A stretch of 64,000 nt of DNA from the human T2T-CHM13v2.0 reference genome, Homo sapiens, in NCBI RefSeq assembly GCF_009914755.1, contig NC_060945.1. One strand, 5' to 3'. A model generated the notes under the pieces. That model saw only the letters and a list, made by a program, of their open reading frames with translations, did no database searches and was not told the origin of the DNA. Both the position numbers and the translations under genes were made by a program. Shown in pieces: positions 16,660 to 33,519 of the stretch (position 1 is its first letter; the number at the start of each line of letters is the position of its first letter).

Positions 16660-19600
16660 AAAGTACACAAACTATAAATTATATACTGTACATAAAATAT
16701 GAAATTACATCAAATATATATTAGGTACATAAAATATGAAAGTACATCAAATATAGATTATATACTGTACATATAATATCAATGTACCCCAAATATATAT
16801 TTTATTCTCTACATGAAATATCAAAGTTCACAAAGCATATATTATATACTGTACATAAAATATCAAAGTACCCAAGGTATATATTCTATACTGTACAAAA
16901 AATATCAAAGTAACCAAAGCATGTAATATATACTGTACATAAAATATGAAAGTACATGAAATATATATTTTATTCTGTACATAAAATATCAAAGTACACC
17001 AGATATATATTCTATAGTGTACATAAAATATCAAAGTACCCAAACTATACATTATATACTGTACATAAAATATGAGATTACATCAAATATATATTATATT
17101 AGGTACATAAAATATGAAAGTACATCAAATATAGATTATATACTGTACATAAAATATCAAAGTACCCCAAATATATATTATATACTCTACAGGAAATATC
17201 AAAGTTCACACACTATATATTATATACTGTACATAAAATATCAAAGTACCCAAGGTATATATTCTATACTGTACAAAAAATATCAAAGTACCCAAAGCAT
17301 GTATTATATTCTGTATATAAAATATGAAAGTACATCAAATATATATTTTATTCTGTACATAAAATATCAAAGTACACCAGATATATATTCTATAGTGTAC
17401 ATAAAATAACAAAGTACACAAACTATAAATTATATACTGTACATAAAATATGAAATTACATCAAATATATATTAGGTACATAAAATATGAATGTACATCA
17501 AATATAGAATATACACTGTACATATAATATCAATGTACCCCAAATATATATTTTATTCTCTACATGAAATATCAAAGTTCACAAACCATATATTATATAC
17601 TGTACATAAAATATCAAAGTACCCAAGGTATATATTCTATAATGTACAAAAAATATCAAAGTACCAAAAGCATGTATTATATAGTGTACATAAAATATGA
17701 AAGTACATCAAATATATATTTTATTCTGTACATATAATATCAAAGTACACCAGATATATATTCTATAGTGTACATAAAATATCAAAGTACCCAAACTATA
17801 CATTATATACTGTACATAAAATATGAAATTACATCAAATATATATTATATTAGGTACATAAAATATGAAAGTACATCAAATATAGATTATATTCTGTACA
17901 TAAAATATCAATGTATCCCAAATATATATTTTATACTCTACATGAAATATCAAAGTTCACAAACCATATCTTATATACTGTACATAAAATATCAAAGTAC
18001 CCAAGGTATATATTCTATACTGTACAAAAAATATCAAAGTACCCAAAGCATGTATTATATACTGTACATAAAATATGAAAGTACATCAAATATATATTTT
18101 ATTCTGTAGATAAAATATCAAAGTACACCAGATATATATTCTATAGTGTACATAAAATATCAAAGTACCCAAACTATACATTATATACTGTACATAAAAT
18201 ATGAAATTACATCAAATATATATTATATTAGGTACATAAAATATGAAAGTACATCAAATATAGATTATATACTGTACATAAAATATCAAATTACCCCAAA
18301 TATATATTATATACTCTACATGAAATATCAAAGTTCACAAACTATATATTATATACTGTACATAAAATATCAAAGTACCCAAGGTATATATTCTATACTG
18401 TACAAAAAATATCAAAGTATCCAAAGCATGTATTATATACTGTATATAAAATATGAAAGTACATTAAATATATATTTTATTCTGTACATAAAATATCAAA
18501 GTACATCAGATATATATTCTATAGTGTACATAAAATAACAAAGTACGCAAACTATAAATTATATACTGTACATAAAATATGAAATTACATCAAATATATA
18601 TTAGGTACATAAAATATGAAAGTACATCAAATATAGAATATACTGTACATGAAATACCAAAGTACCCCAAATATATATTTTATACTCTACATGAAATATC
18701 AAAGTTCACAAACTATATATTATATACTGTATATAAAATATCAAAGTACCCAAGGTATATATTCTATACTGTACAAAAAATATCAAAGTACCCAAAGCAT
18801 GTATTATATACTGTACATAAAATATGAAAGTACATCAAATATATATTTTATTCTGTACAGAAAATATCAAAGTACACCAGATATATATTCTATAGTGTAC
18901 ATAAAATATCAAAGTACCCAAACTATACATTATATACTGTACATAAAATATGAAATTACATCAAATTTATATTAGGTACATAAAATATGAAAGTACATCA
19001 AATATAGATTATATACTGTACATAAAATATCAAAGTACCCCAAATATATATTATATACTCTACATGAAATATCAAAGTTCACAAACTATATATTATATAC
19101 TGTACATAACATATCCAAGTACCCAAGGTATATATTCTATACTGTACAAAAAATATCAACGTACCCAAAGCATGTATTATATACTCTATATAAAATATGA
19201 AAGTACATCACATATATATTTTATTCTGTACATAAAATATCAAAGTACACCAGATATATATTCTATAGTGTACATAAAATAACAAAGTACAAAAACTATA
19301 AATTATATGCTGTACATAAAATATGAAATTACATCAAATATATATTAGGTACATAAAATATGAAAGTACATCAAATATAGATTATATACTGTACATATAA
19401 TATCAATGTACCCCAAATATATATTTTATTCTCTACATGAAATATCAAAGTTCACAAACCATATATTATATACTGTACATAAAATATCAAAGTACCCAAG
19501 GTATATATTCTATACTGTACAAAAAATATCAAAGTACCCAAAGCATGTATTATATACTGTACATAAAATATGAAAGTACATCAAATATATATTTTATTCT

Positions 19601-22380
19601 GTACATAAAATATCAAAGTACACCAGATATATATTCTATAGTGTACATAAAATATCAAAGTACCCAAACTATACATTATATACTGTACATAAAATATGAA
19701 ATTACATAAAATATATATTATATTAGGTACATAAAATATGAAAGTACATCAAATATAGATTATATACTGTACATTAAATACCAAAGTACCCCAAATATAT
19801 ATTTTATACTGTACATGAAATATCAAAGTTCACAAACTATATAATATAAACTGTACATGTAATATCAAAGTACCCGAGGTATATATTCTATACTGTACAA
19901 AAAATAACAAAGTACCAAAAGCATGTATTATATACTGTACATAAAATATGAAAGTATATCAAATATAGATTTTCTTCTGTACATAAAATATCAAAGTAAA
20001 ACAGATATATATTCTATAGTGTACATAAAATATCAAAGTACCCAAACTATACATTATATACTGTACATAAAACATGAAATTACATCAAATATATATTATA
20101 TTAGGTACATAAAATATGAAAGTACATCAAATATAGATTATATAGTGTACATAAATTATCAAAGTACCCCAAATATATATTATATACTCTACATGAAATA
20201 TCAAAGTTCACAAACTATATATTATATAGTGTACATAAAATATGAAAGTACCCAAGGTATACATTCTATACTGCAAAAAAAATATCAAAGTACCCAAAGC
20301 AAGTATTATATACTGTATCTAAAATATGAAAGTACAGCAAATATATATTTTATTCTGTACATAAAATATCAATGTACACCAGATATATATTCTATAGTGT
20401 ACATAAAATATCAAAGTACCCAAACTATACATTATATACTGTACATAAAATATGAAATTACATCAAATATATATTAGGTACATAAAATATGAAAGTACAT
20501 CAAATATAGATTATATACTGTACATAAAATATCAATGTACCCCAAATATATATTTTATACTCTACATGAAATATCAAAGTTCACAAACCATATATTATAT
20601 ACTGTCCATAAAATATCAAAGTACCCAAGGTATATATTCTATACTATACAAAAAATATCAAAGTACGCAAAGCATGTATTATATACTGTACTTAAAATAT
20701 GAAAGTACATCAAATATATATTGTATTCTGTACATAAAATATCAAAGTACAAAAGATATATATTCTATAGTGTACATAAAATATCAAAGTACCCAAACTA
20801 TACATTATATACTGTACATAAAATATGAAATTACATCAAATATATATTAGGTACATAAAATATGAATGTACATCAAATATAGATTATATACTGTACATAA
20901 AATATCAAAGTACACAAACTATAAATTATATACTGTACATAAAATATGAAATTACATCAAATATATATTAGGTACATAAAATATGAAAGTACTTCAAATA
21001 TAGATTATATACTGTACATATAATATCAATGTACCCCAAATATATATTTTATACTCTACATGAAATATCAAAGTTCACAAACCATACATTATATACTGTA
21101 CATAAAATATCAAAGTACCCAAGGTATATATTCTATACTGTACAAAAAATATCAAAGTACCCAAAGCATGTAATATATACTGTACATAAAATATGAAAGT
21201 ACATGAAATATATATTTTATTCTGTACATAAAATATCAAAGTACACCAGATATATATTCTATAGTGTACATAAAATATCAAAGTACCCAAACTATACATT
21301 ATATACTGTACATAAAATATGAGATTACATCAAATATATATTATATTAGGTACATAAAATATGAAAGTACATCAAATATAGATTATATACTGTACATAAA
21401 ATATCAAAGTACCCCAAATATATATTATATACTCTACAGGAAATATCAAAGTTCACACACTATATATTATATACTGTACATAAAATATCAAAGTACCCAA
21501 GGTATATATTCTATACTGTACAAAAAATATCAAAGTACCCAAAGCATGTATTATATTCTGTATATAAAATATGAAAGTACATCAAATATATATTTTATTC
21601 TGTACATAAAATATCAAAGTACACCAGATATATATTCTATAGTGTACATAAAATAACAAAGTACACAAACTATAAATTATATACTGTACATAAAATATGA
21701 AATTACATCAAATATATATTAGGTACATAAAATATGAAAGTACATCAAATATAGATTATATACTGTACATATAATATCAATGTACCCCAAATATATATTT
21801 TATTCTCTACATGAAATATCAAAGTTCACAAACCATATATTATATACTGTACATAAAATATCAAAGTACCCAAGGTATATATTCTATAATGTACAAAAAA
21901 TATCAAAGTACCAAAAGCATGTATTATATACTGTACATAAAATATGAAAGTACATCAAATATATGTTTTATTCTGTACATATAATATCAAAGTACACCAG
22001 ATATATATTCTATAGTGTACATAAAATATCAAAGTACCCAAACTATACATTATATACTGTACATAAAATATGAAATTACATCAAATATATATTATATTAG
22101 GTACATAAAATATGAAAGTACATCAAATATAGATTATATTCTGTACATAAAATATCAATGTATCCCAAATATATATTTTATACTCTACATGAAATATCAA
22201 AGTTCACAAACCATATCTTATATACTGTACATAAAATATCAAAGTACCCAAGGTATATATTCTATACTGTACAAAAAATATCAAAGTACCCAAAGCATGT
22301 ATTATATACTGTACATAAAATATGAAAGTACATCAAATATATATTTTATTCTGTACATAAAATATCAAAGTACACCAGAT
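16660..22380 (+). repeat. Dispersed ~1.4-kb duplication, offset 4247 (about 16660-18100 vs 20910-22350)
   Basis: ORF pairs 16828/21075, 17017/21264 and 17768/22015. Shared variants include CATGTAATAT, GTACATGAAATATATATTTT, CTACAGGAAAT, TGTATCCC and CCATATCTT. Confidence 0.85.
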
Positions 22381-23049
22381 ATATATTCTATAGTGTACAT
22401 AAAATATCAAAGTACCCAAACTATACATTATATACTGTACATAAAATATGAAATTACATAAAATATATATTATATTAGGTACATAAAATATGAAAGTACA
22501 TCAAATATAGATTATATACTGTACATTAAATACCAAAGTACCCCAAATATATATTTTATACTGTACATGAAATATTCAAGTTCACAAACTATATAATATA
22601 TACTTTACATGTAATATCAAAGTACCCGAGGTATATATTCTATACTGTACAAAAAATAACAAAGTACCAAAAGCATGTATTATATACTGTACAAAAAATA
22701 TGAAAGTACATCAAATATAGATTTTATTCTGTACATAAAATATCAGAGTACAACAGATATATATTCTATAGTGTACATAAAATATCAAAATACCCAAACT
22801 ATACATTATATACTGTACATAAAACATGAAATTACATCAAATATATATTATATTAGGTACATAAAATATGAAAGTACATCAAATATAGATTATATACTGT
22901 ACATTAAATAGCAAAGTACCCCAAATATATATTTTATACTGTACATGAAATATCAAAGTTCACAAACTATATATTATATACTGTACATGTAATATCAAAG
23001 TACCCGAGGTATATATTCTATACTGTACAAAAAATAACAAAGTACCAAA

Positions 23050-26000
23050 AGCATGTATTATATACTGTATATAAAATATGAAAGTACATCAAATATATAT
23101 TTTATTCTGTACATAAAATCTCAAAGTACACCAGATATATATTCTATAGTGTACATAAAATAACAAAGTACAAAAACTATAAATTATATACTGTACATAA
23201 AATATGAAATTACATCAACTATATATTAGGTACATAAAATATGAAAGTACATCAAATATAGATTATATACTGTACATAAAATATCAATGTACCCCAAATA
23301 TATATTTTATACTCTGCATGAAATATCAAAGATCACAAACCATATATTATATACTGTATATAAAATATCAAAGTACCCAAGGTATATATTCTATACTATA
23401 CAAAAAATATCAAAGTACCCAAAGCATGTATTATATACTGTACATAAAATATAAAAGTACATCAAATATATATTTTATTCTGTACATAAAATATCAAAGT
23501 ACACCAGATATATATTCTATAGTGTACATAAAATATCAAAGTACCCAAACTATACATTATATACTGTACATAAAATATGAAATTACATCAAATATATTTT
23601 ATATTAGGAACATAAAATATGAAAGTACATCAAATATAGATTATATACTGTACATAAAATATCAAAGTACCCCAAGTATATATTATATACTCTACAGGAA
23701 ATATCAAAGTTCATACACTATATATTATATACTGTACATAAAATATCAAAGTACCCAAGGTATATATTCTATACTGTACAAAAAATATCAAAGTACCCAA
23801 AGCATGTATTATATTCTGTATATAAAATATGAAAGTACATCAAATATATATTTTATTCTGTACATAAAATATCAAAGTATACCAGATATATATTCTATAG
23901 TGTACATAAAATAACAAAGTACACAAACTATAAATTATATACTGTACATAAAATATGAGATTACATCAAATATATATTATATTAGGTACATAAAATATGA
24001 AAGTACATCAAATATAGATTATATACTGTACATAAAATATCAAAGTACCCCAAATATATATTATATACTCTACATGAAATATCAAAGTTCACAAACTATA
24101 TATTATATACTGTACATAAAATATCAAAGTACCCAAGGTATATATTCTATACTGTACAAAAAATATCAAAGTACCCAAAGCATGTATTATATACTGTACA
24201 TAAAATATGAAAGTACATCAAATATATATTTTATTCTGTACATAAAATATCAAAGTACACCAGATATATATTCTATAGTGTAAATAAAATAACAAAGTAC
24301 ACAACTATACATTATATACTGTACAGAAAATATGAAATTACATCAAATATATATTAGGTACATAAAATATGAAAGTACATCAAATATAGATTATATACTG
24401 TACATAAAATATCAAAGTACCCCAAATATATATTATATACTCTACATGAAATATCAAAGTTCACAAACTATATTTTATATACTGTACATAAAATATCAAA
24501 GTACCCAAGGTATATATTCTATACTGTACAAAAAATATCAAAGTACCCAAAGCATGTATTATATACTGTATATAAAATATGAAAGTACATCAAATATATA
24601 TTTTATTCTGTACATAAAATATCAAAGTACACCAGATATATATTCTATAGTGTACATAAAATAACAAAGTACACAAACTATAAATTATATACTGTACATA
24701 AAATATGAAATTACATCAAACATATATTAGGTACATAAAATATGAAAGTACATCAAATATAGATTATATACTGTACATATAATATCAATGTACCCGAAAT
24801 ATATATTTTATACTCTACATGAAATATCAAAGTTCACAAACCATATATTATATACTGTACATAAAATATCAAAGTACCCAAGGTATATATTCTATACTGT
24901 ACAAAAAATATCAAAGTACCCAAAGCATGTATTATATACTGTACATAAAATATGAAATTACATCAAATATATATTTTATTCTGTACATAAAATATCAAAG
25001 TACACCAGATATATATTCTATAGTGTACATAAAATATCAAAGTACCCAAACTATACATTATATACTGTACATAAAATATGAAATTACATCAAATATATAT
25101 TATATACTGTACATTAAATACCAAAGTACCCCAAATATATATTTTATACTGTACATGAAATATCAAAGTTCACAAACTATATATTATATACTGCACATAA
25201 AATATCAAAGTACCCAACGTATATATTCTATACTGTACAAAAAATATCAAAGTACCCAAAGCATGTATTATATACTGTACCTAAAATATGAAAGTACATC
25301 AAATATATATTTTATTCTGTACATAAAATATCAAAGTACACCAGATATATATTCTATAGTGTACATAAAATATCAAAGTACCCAAACTATACATTATATA
25401 CTGTACATAAAATATGAAATTACATCAAATATATATTATATTAGGTACATAAAATATGAAAGTATATCAAATATAGATTATATACTGTACATAAAATATC
25501 AAAGTACCCCAAATATATATTATATACTCTACATGAAATATCAAAGTTCACAAACCATATATTATATACTGTACATAAAATAAAGTACCCAAGGTATATA
25601 TTCTATACTGTAGAAAAGATATCAAAGTACCCAAAGCATGTATTATATACTGTATATAAAATATGAAAGTACATCAAATATATATTTTATTCTGTACATA
25701 AAATCTCAAAGTACACCAGATATATATTCTATAGTGTACATAAAATAACAAAGTACAAAAACTATAAATTATATACTGTACATAAAATATGAAATTACAT
25801 CAACTATATATTAGGTACATAAAATATGAAAGTACATCAAATATAGATTATATACTGTACATAAAATATCAATGTACCCCAAATATATATTTTATACTCT
25901 GCATGAAATATCAAAGATCACCAACCATATATTATATACTGTATATAAAATATCAAAGTACCCAAGGTATATATTCTATACTATACAAAAAATATCAAAG

Positions 26001-29000
26001 TACCCAACCATGTATTATATACTGTACATAAAATATAAAAGTACATCAAATATATATTTTATTCTGTACATAAAATATCAAAGTACACCAGATATATATT
26101 CTATAGTGTACATAAAATATCAAAGTACCCAAACTATACATTATATACTGTACATAAAATATGAAATTACATCAAATATATTTTATATTAGGAACATAAA
26201 ATATGAAAGTACATCAAATATAGATTATATACTGTACATAAAATATCAAAGTACCCCAAGTATATATTATATACTCTACAGGAAATATCAAAGTTCATAC
26301 ACTATATATTATATACTGTACATAAAATATCAAAGTACCCAAGGTATATATTCTATACTGTACAAAAAATATCAAAGTACCCAAAGCATGTATTATATTC
26401 TGTATATAAAATATGAAAGTACATCAAATATATATTTTATTCTGTACATAAAATATCAAAGTACACCAGATATATATTCTATAGTGTACATAAAATAACA
26501 AAGTACACAAACTATAAATTATATACTGTACATAAAATATGAGATTACATCAAATATATATTATATTAGGTACATAAAATATGAAAGTACATCAAATATA
26601 GATTATATACTGTACATAAAATATCAAAGTACCCCAAATATATATTATATACTCTACATGAAATATCAAAGTTCACAAACTATATATTATATACTGTACA
26701 TAAAATATCAAAGTACCCAAGGTATATATTCTATACTGTACAAAAAATATCAAAGTACCCAAAGCATGTATTATATACTGTACATAAAATATGAAAGTAC
26801 ATCAAATATATATTTTATTCTGTACATAAAATATCAAAGTACACCAGATATATATTCTATAGTGTAAATAAAATAACAAAGTACACAACTATACATTATA
26901 TACTGTACAGAAAATATGAAATTACATCAAATATATATTAGGTACATAAAATATGAAAGTACATCAAATATAGATTATATACTGTACATAAAATATCAAA
27001 GTACCCCAAATATATATTATATACTCTACATGAAATATCAAAGTTCACAAACTATATTTTATATACTGTACATAAAATATCAAAGTACCCAAGGTATATA
27101 TTCTATACTGTACAAAAAATATCAAAGTACCCAAAGCATGTATTATATACTGTATATAAAATATGAAAGTACATCAAATATATATTTTATTCTGTACATA
27201 AAATATCAAAGTACACCAGATATATATTCTATAGTGTACATAAAATAACAAAGTACACAAACTATAAATTATATACTGTACATAAAATATGAAATTACAT
27301 CAAACATATATTAGGTACATAAAATATGAAAGTACATCAAATATAGATTATATACTGTACATATAATATCAATGTACCCGAAATATATATTTTATACTCT
27401 ACATGAAATATCAAAGTTCACAAACCATATATTATATACTGTACATAAAATATCAAAGTACCCAAGGTATATATTCTATACTGTACAAAAAATATCAAAG
27501 TACCCAAAGCATGTATTATATACTGTACATAAAATATGAAATTACATCAAATATATATTTTATTCTGTACATAAAATATCAAAGTACACCAGATATATAT
27601 TCTATAGTGTACATAAAATATCAAAGTACCCAAACTATACATTATATACTGTACATAAAATATGAAATTACATCAAATATATATTATATACTGTACATTA
27701 AATACCAAAGTACCCCAAATATATATTTTATACTGTACATGAAATATCAAAGTTCACAAACTATATATTATATACTGTACATAAAATATCAAAGTACCCA
27801 ACGTATATATTCTATACTGTACAAAAAATATCAAAGTACCCAAAGCATGTATTATATACTGTACCTAAAATATGAAAGTACATCAAATATATATTTTATT
27901 CTGTACATAAAATATCAAAGTACACCAGATATATATTCTATAGTGTACATAAAATATCAAAGTACCCAAACTATACATTATATACCGTACATAAAATATG
28001 AAATTACATCAAATATATATTATATTAGGTACATAAAATATGAAAGTATATCAAATATAGATTATATACTGTACATAAAATATCAAAGTACCCCAAATAT
28101 ATATTATATACTCTACATGAAATATCAAAGTTCACAAACCATATATTATATACTGTACATAAAATAAAGTACCCAAGGTATATATTCTATACTGTAGAAA
28201 AGATATCAAAGTACCCAAAGCATGTATTATATACTGTATATAAAATATGAAAGTACATCAAATATATATTTTATTCTGTACATAAAATCTCAAAGTACAC
28301 CAGATATATATTCTATAGTGTACATAAAATAACAAAGTACAAAAACTATAAATTATATACTGTACATAAAATATGAAATTACATCAACTATATATTAGGT
28401 ACATAAAATATGAAAGTACATCAAATATAGATTATATACTGTACATAAAATATCAATGTACCCCAAATATATATTTTATACTCTGCATGAAATATCAAAG
28501 ATCACAAACCATATATTATATACTGTATATAAAATATCAAAGTACCCAAGGTATATATTCTATACTATACAAAAAATATCAAAGTACCCAAAGCATGTAT
28601 TATATACTGTACATAAAATATAAAAGTACATCAAATATATATTTTATTCTGTACATAAAATATCAAAGTACACCAGATATATATTCTATAGTGTACATAA
28701 AATATCAAAGTACCCAAACTATACATTATATACTGTACATAAAATATGAAATTACATCAAATATATTTTATATTAGGAACATAAAATATGAAAGTACATC
28801 AAATATAGATTATATACTGTACATAAAATATCAAAGTACCCCAAGTATATATTATATACTCTACAGGAAATATCAAAGTTCATACACTATATATTATATA
28901 CTGTACATAAAATATCAAAGTACCGAAGGTATATATTCTATACTGTACAAAAAATATCAAAGTACCCAAAGCATGTATTATATTCTGTATATAAAATATG

Positions 29001-30260
29001 AAAGTACATCAAATATATATTTTATTCTGTACATAAAATATCAAAGTACACCAGATATATATTCTATAGTGTACATAAAATAACAAAGTACACAAACTAT
29101 AAATTATATACTGTACATAAAATATGAGATTACATCAAATATATATTATATTAGGTACATAAAATATGAAAGTACATCAAATATAGATTATATACTGTAC
29201 ATAAAATATCAAAGTACCCCAAATATATATTATATACTCTACATGAAATATCAAAGTTCACAAACTATATATTATATACTGTACATAAAATATCAAAATA
29301 CCCAAGGTATATATTCTATACTGTACAAAAAATATCAAAGTACCCAAAGCATGTATTATATACTGTACATAAAATATGAAAGTACATCAAATATATATTT
29401 TATTCTGTACATAAAATATCAAAGTACACCAGATATATATTCTATAGTGTAAATAAAATAACAAAGTACACAACTATACATTATATACTGTACAGAAAAT
29501 ATGAAATTACATCAAATATATATTAGGTACATAAAATATGAAAGTACATCAAATATAGATTATATACTGTACATAAAATATCAAAGTACCCCAAATATAT
29601 ATTATATACTCTACATGAAATATCAAAGTTCACAAACTATATTTTATATACTGTACATAAAATATCAAAGTACCCAAGGTATATATTCTATACTGTACAA
29701 AAAATATCAAAGTACCCAAAGCATGTATTATATACTGTATATAAAATATGAAAGTACATCAAATATATATTTTATTCTGTACATAAAATATCAAAGTACA
29801 CCAGATATATATTCTATAGTGTACATAAAATAACAAAGTACACAAACTATAAATTATATACTGTACATAAAATATGAAATTACATCAAACATATATTAGG
29901 TACATAAAATATGAAAGTACATCAAATATAGATTATATACTGTACATATAATATCAATGTACCCGAAATATATATTTTATACTCTACATGAAATATCAAA
30001 GTTCACAAACCATATATTATATACTGTACATAAAATATCAAAGTACCCAAGGTATATATTCTATACTGTACAAAAAATATCAAAGTACCCAAAGCATGTA
30101 TTATATACTGTACATAAAATATGAAATTACATCAAATATATATTTTATTCTGTACATAAAATATCAAAGTACACCAGATATATATTCTATAGTGTACATA
30201 AAATATCAAAGTACCCTAACTATACATTATATACTGTACATAAAATATGAAATTACATCA
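23050..30260 (+). repeat. 2584/2585-bp tandem superrepeat, about 2.8 copies
   Basis: ORF triplets 23204/25789/28373, 24074/26658/29243, 24332/26916/29501 and 24819/27403/29988. Shared private variants include AAATCTCAAAG, CAACTATATATTAGG, AAGATCAC, AGGAACAT and ACCCGAAAT. Confidence 0.93.
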
Positions 30261-33200
30261 AATATAGACTATATACTGTACATTAAATACCAAAGTACCA
30301 CAAATATATATTTTATACTGTACATGAAATATCAAAGTACACACACTATATATTATATACTGTACATAAAATATCAAAATACCCAACTTATATATTCTAT
30401 ACTGTACAAAAAACATCAAAGTACCCAAAGCATGTATTATATACTGTACATAAAATATGAAAGTACATCAAATATATCTTTTATTCTGTACATAATATAT
30501 CAAAGTACACCAGATATATATTCTATAGTGTACATAAAATAACAAAGTACAAAAAATATAAATTCTATACTGTACCTAAAATATGAAATTACATCAAACA
30601 CATATTAGGTACATAAAATATGAAAGTACATCAAATATAGATTATATACTGTACATAAAATATCAATGTACCCCAAATATATATTTTATACTCTACATGA
30701 AATATCAAATTTCACAAAACATATATTATATACTGTACATAAAATATCAAAGTACCCAAGGTATATATTCTATACTGTACAAAAAATATCAAAGTACCCA
30801 AAGCATGTATTTTATACTGTACATAAAATATGAAAGTACATCAAATATATATTTTATTCTGTACATAAAATATCAAAGTACACCAGATATATATTCTATA
30901 GTGTACATAAAATATCAAAGTACCCAAACTATACATTATATACTATACATAAAATATGAAATTACATCAAATATATATTATATTAGGTACATAAAATACG
31001 AAAGTACATCAAATATAGATTATATACTCTACATTAAATACCAAAGTACCCCAAATATATATTTTATGCTGTACATGAAATATCAAAGTTCACAAACTAT
31101 ATATTATATACTGTACATAAAATATCAAAGTACCCAACGTATATATTCTATACTGTACAAAAAATATCAAAGTACCCAAAGCATGTATTATATACTGTAC
31201 CTAAAATATGAAAGTACATCAAATATATATTTTATTCTGTACATAAAATATCAAAGTACACCAGATATATATTCTATAGTGTACATAAAATATCAAAGTA
31301 CCCAAACTATACATTATATACTGTACATAAAATATGAAATTACATCAAATATATATTATATTAGGTACATAAAATATGAAAGTATATCAAATATAGATTA
31401 TATACTGTACATAAAATATCAAAGTACCCCAAATATATATTATATACTCTACATGAAATATCAAAGTTCACAAACCATATATTATATACTGTACATAAAA
31501 TAAAGTACCCAAGGTATATATTCTATACTGTAGAAAAAATATCAAAGTACCCAAAGCATGTATTATATACTGTATATAAAATATGAAAGTACATCAAATA
31601 TATATTTTATTCTGTACATAAAATCTCAAAGTACACCAGATATATATTCTATAGTGTACATAAAATAACAAAGTACAAAAACTATAAATTATATACTGTA
31701 CATAAAATATGAAATTACATCAACTATATATTAGGTACATAAAATATGAAAGTACACCAAATATAGATTATATACTGTACATAAAATATCAATGTACCCC
31801 AAATATATATTTTATACTCTGCATGAAATATCAAAGATCACAAACCATATATTATATACTGTATATAGAATATCAAAGTACCCAAGGTATATATTCTATA
31901 CTGTACAAAAAATAACAAAGTACCAAAAGCATGTATTATATACTGTACATAAAATATGAAAGTACATCAAATATAGATTTTATTCTGTTCATAAATTATC
32001 AAAGTACAACAGATATATATTCTATAGTGTACATAAAATATCAAAGTACCCAAACTATACATTATATACTGTACATAAAACATGAAATTACATAAAATAT
32101 ATATTATATTAGGTACATAAAATATTAAAGTACATCAAATATAGATTATATACTGTACATTAAATAGCAAAGTACCCCAAATATATATTTTATACTGTCC
32201 CTGAAATATCAAAGTTCACAAACTATATATTATATACTATACATAAAATATCAAAGTACCCAAGGTATATATTCTATACTGTACAAAAAATATCAAAGTA
32301 CCCAAAGCACGTATTATATACTGTACATAAAATATGAAAGTACATCAAATATATATTTTCTTCTGTACATAGAATATCAAAGTACACCAGATATATATTC
32401 TATAGTGTACATAAAATATCAAAGTACCCAAACTATACATTATATACTGTACATAAAATATGAAATTACATCAAATTTATATTAGGTACATAAAATATGA
32501 AAGTACATCAAATATAGATTATATACTGTACATAAAATATCAAAGTACCCCAAATATATATTATATACTCTACATGAAATATCAAAGTTCACAAACTATA
32601 TATTATATACTGCACATAAAATATCAAAGTATCCAAGGTATGTATTCTATACTGTACAAAAAATATCAAAGTACCCAAAGCATGTATTATATACTGTATA
32701 TAAAATATGAAAGTACATCAAATATATATTTTATTCTGTACATAAAATATCAAAGTACACCAGATATATATTCTATAGTGTACATAAAATATCAAAGTAC
32801 CCAAACTATACATTATATACTGTACATAAAATATGAAATTACATCAAATATATATTATATTAGGTACATAAAATATGAAAGTACATCAAATATAGACTAT
32901 ATACTGTACATTAAATACCAAAGTACCACAAATATATATTTTATACTGTACATGAAATATCAAAGTACACACACTATATATTATATACTGTACATAAAAT
33001 ATCAAAGTACCCAACTTATATATTCTATACTGTACAAAAAACATCAAAGTACCTAAAGCATGTATTATATACTGTACATAAAATATGAAAGTACATCAAA
33101 TATATCTTTTATTCTGTACATAATATATCAAAGTACACCAGATATATATTCTATAGTGTACATAAAATAACAAAGTACAAAAAATATAAATTCTATACTG

Positions 33201-33519
33201 TACCTAAAATATGAAATTACATCAAACACATATTAGGTACATAAAATATGAAAGTACATCAAACATAGATTATATACTGTACATAAAATATCAATGTACC
33301 CCAAATATATATTTTATAATCTACATGAAATATCAAATTTCACAAAACATATATTATATACTGTACATAAAATATCAAAGTATCCATGGTATATATTCTA
33401 TACTGTACAAAAAATATCAAAGTACCCAAAGCATGTATTTTATACTGTACATAAAATATGAAAGTACATCAAATATATATTTTATTCTGTACATGAAATA
33501 TCAAACTACCCAAAACATG

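Noticed and set aside
16828-21299. Two minus-strand ORFs (16828-17052 and 21075-21299) as a sign of inversion or an antisense gene
   Set aside because: The underlying DNA is the same + orientation satellite. Point variants removed stops, and the two ORFs are copies within the 4247-bp duplication.
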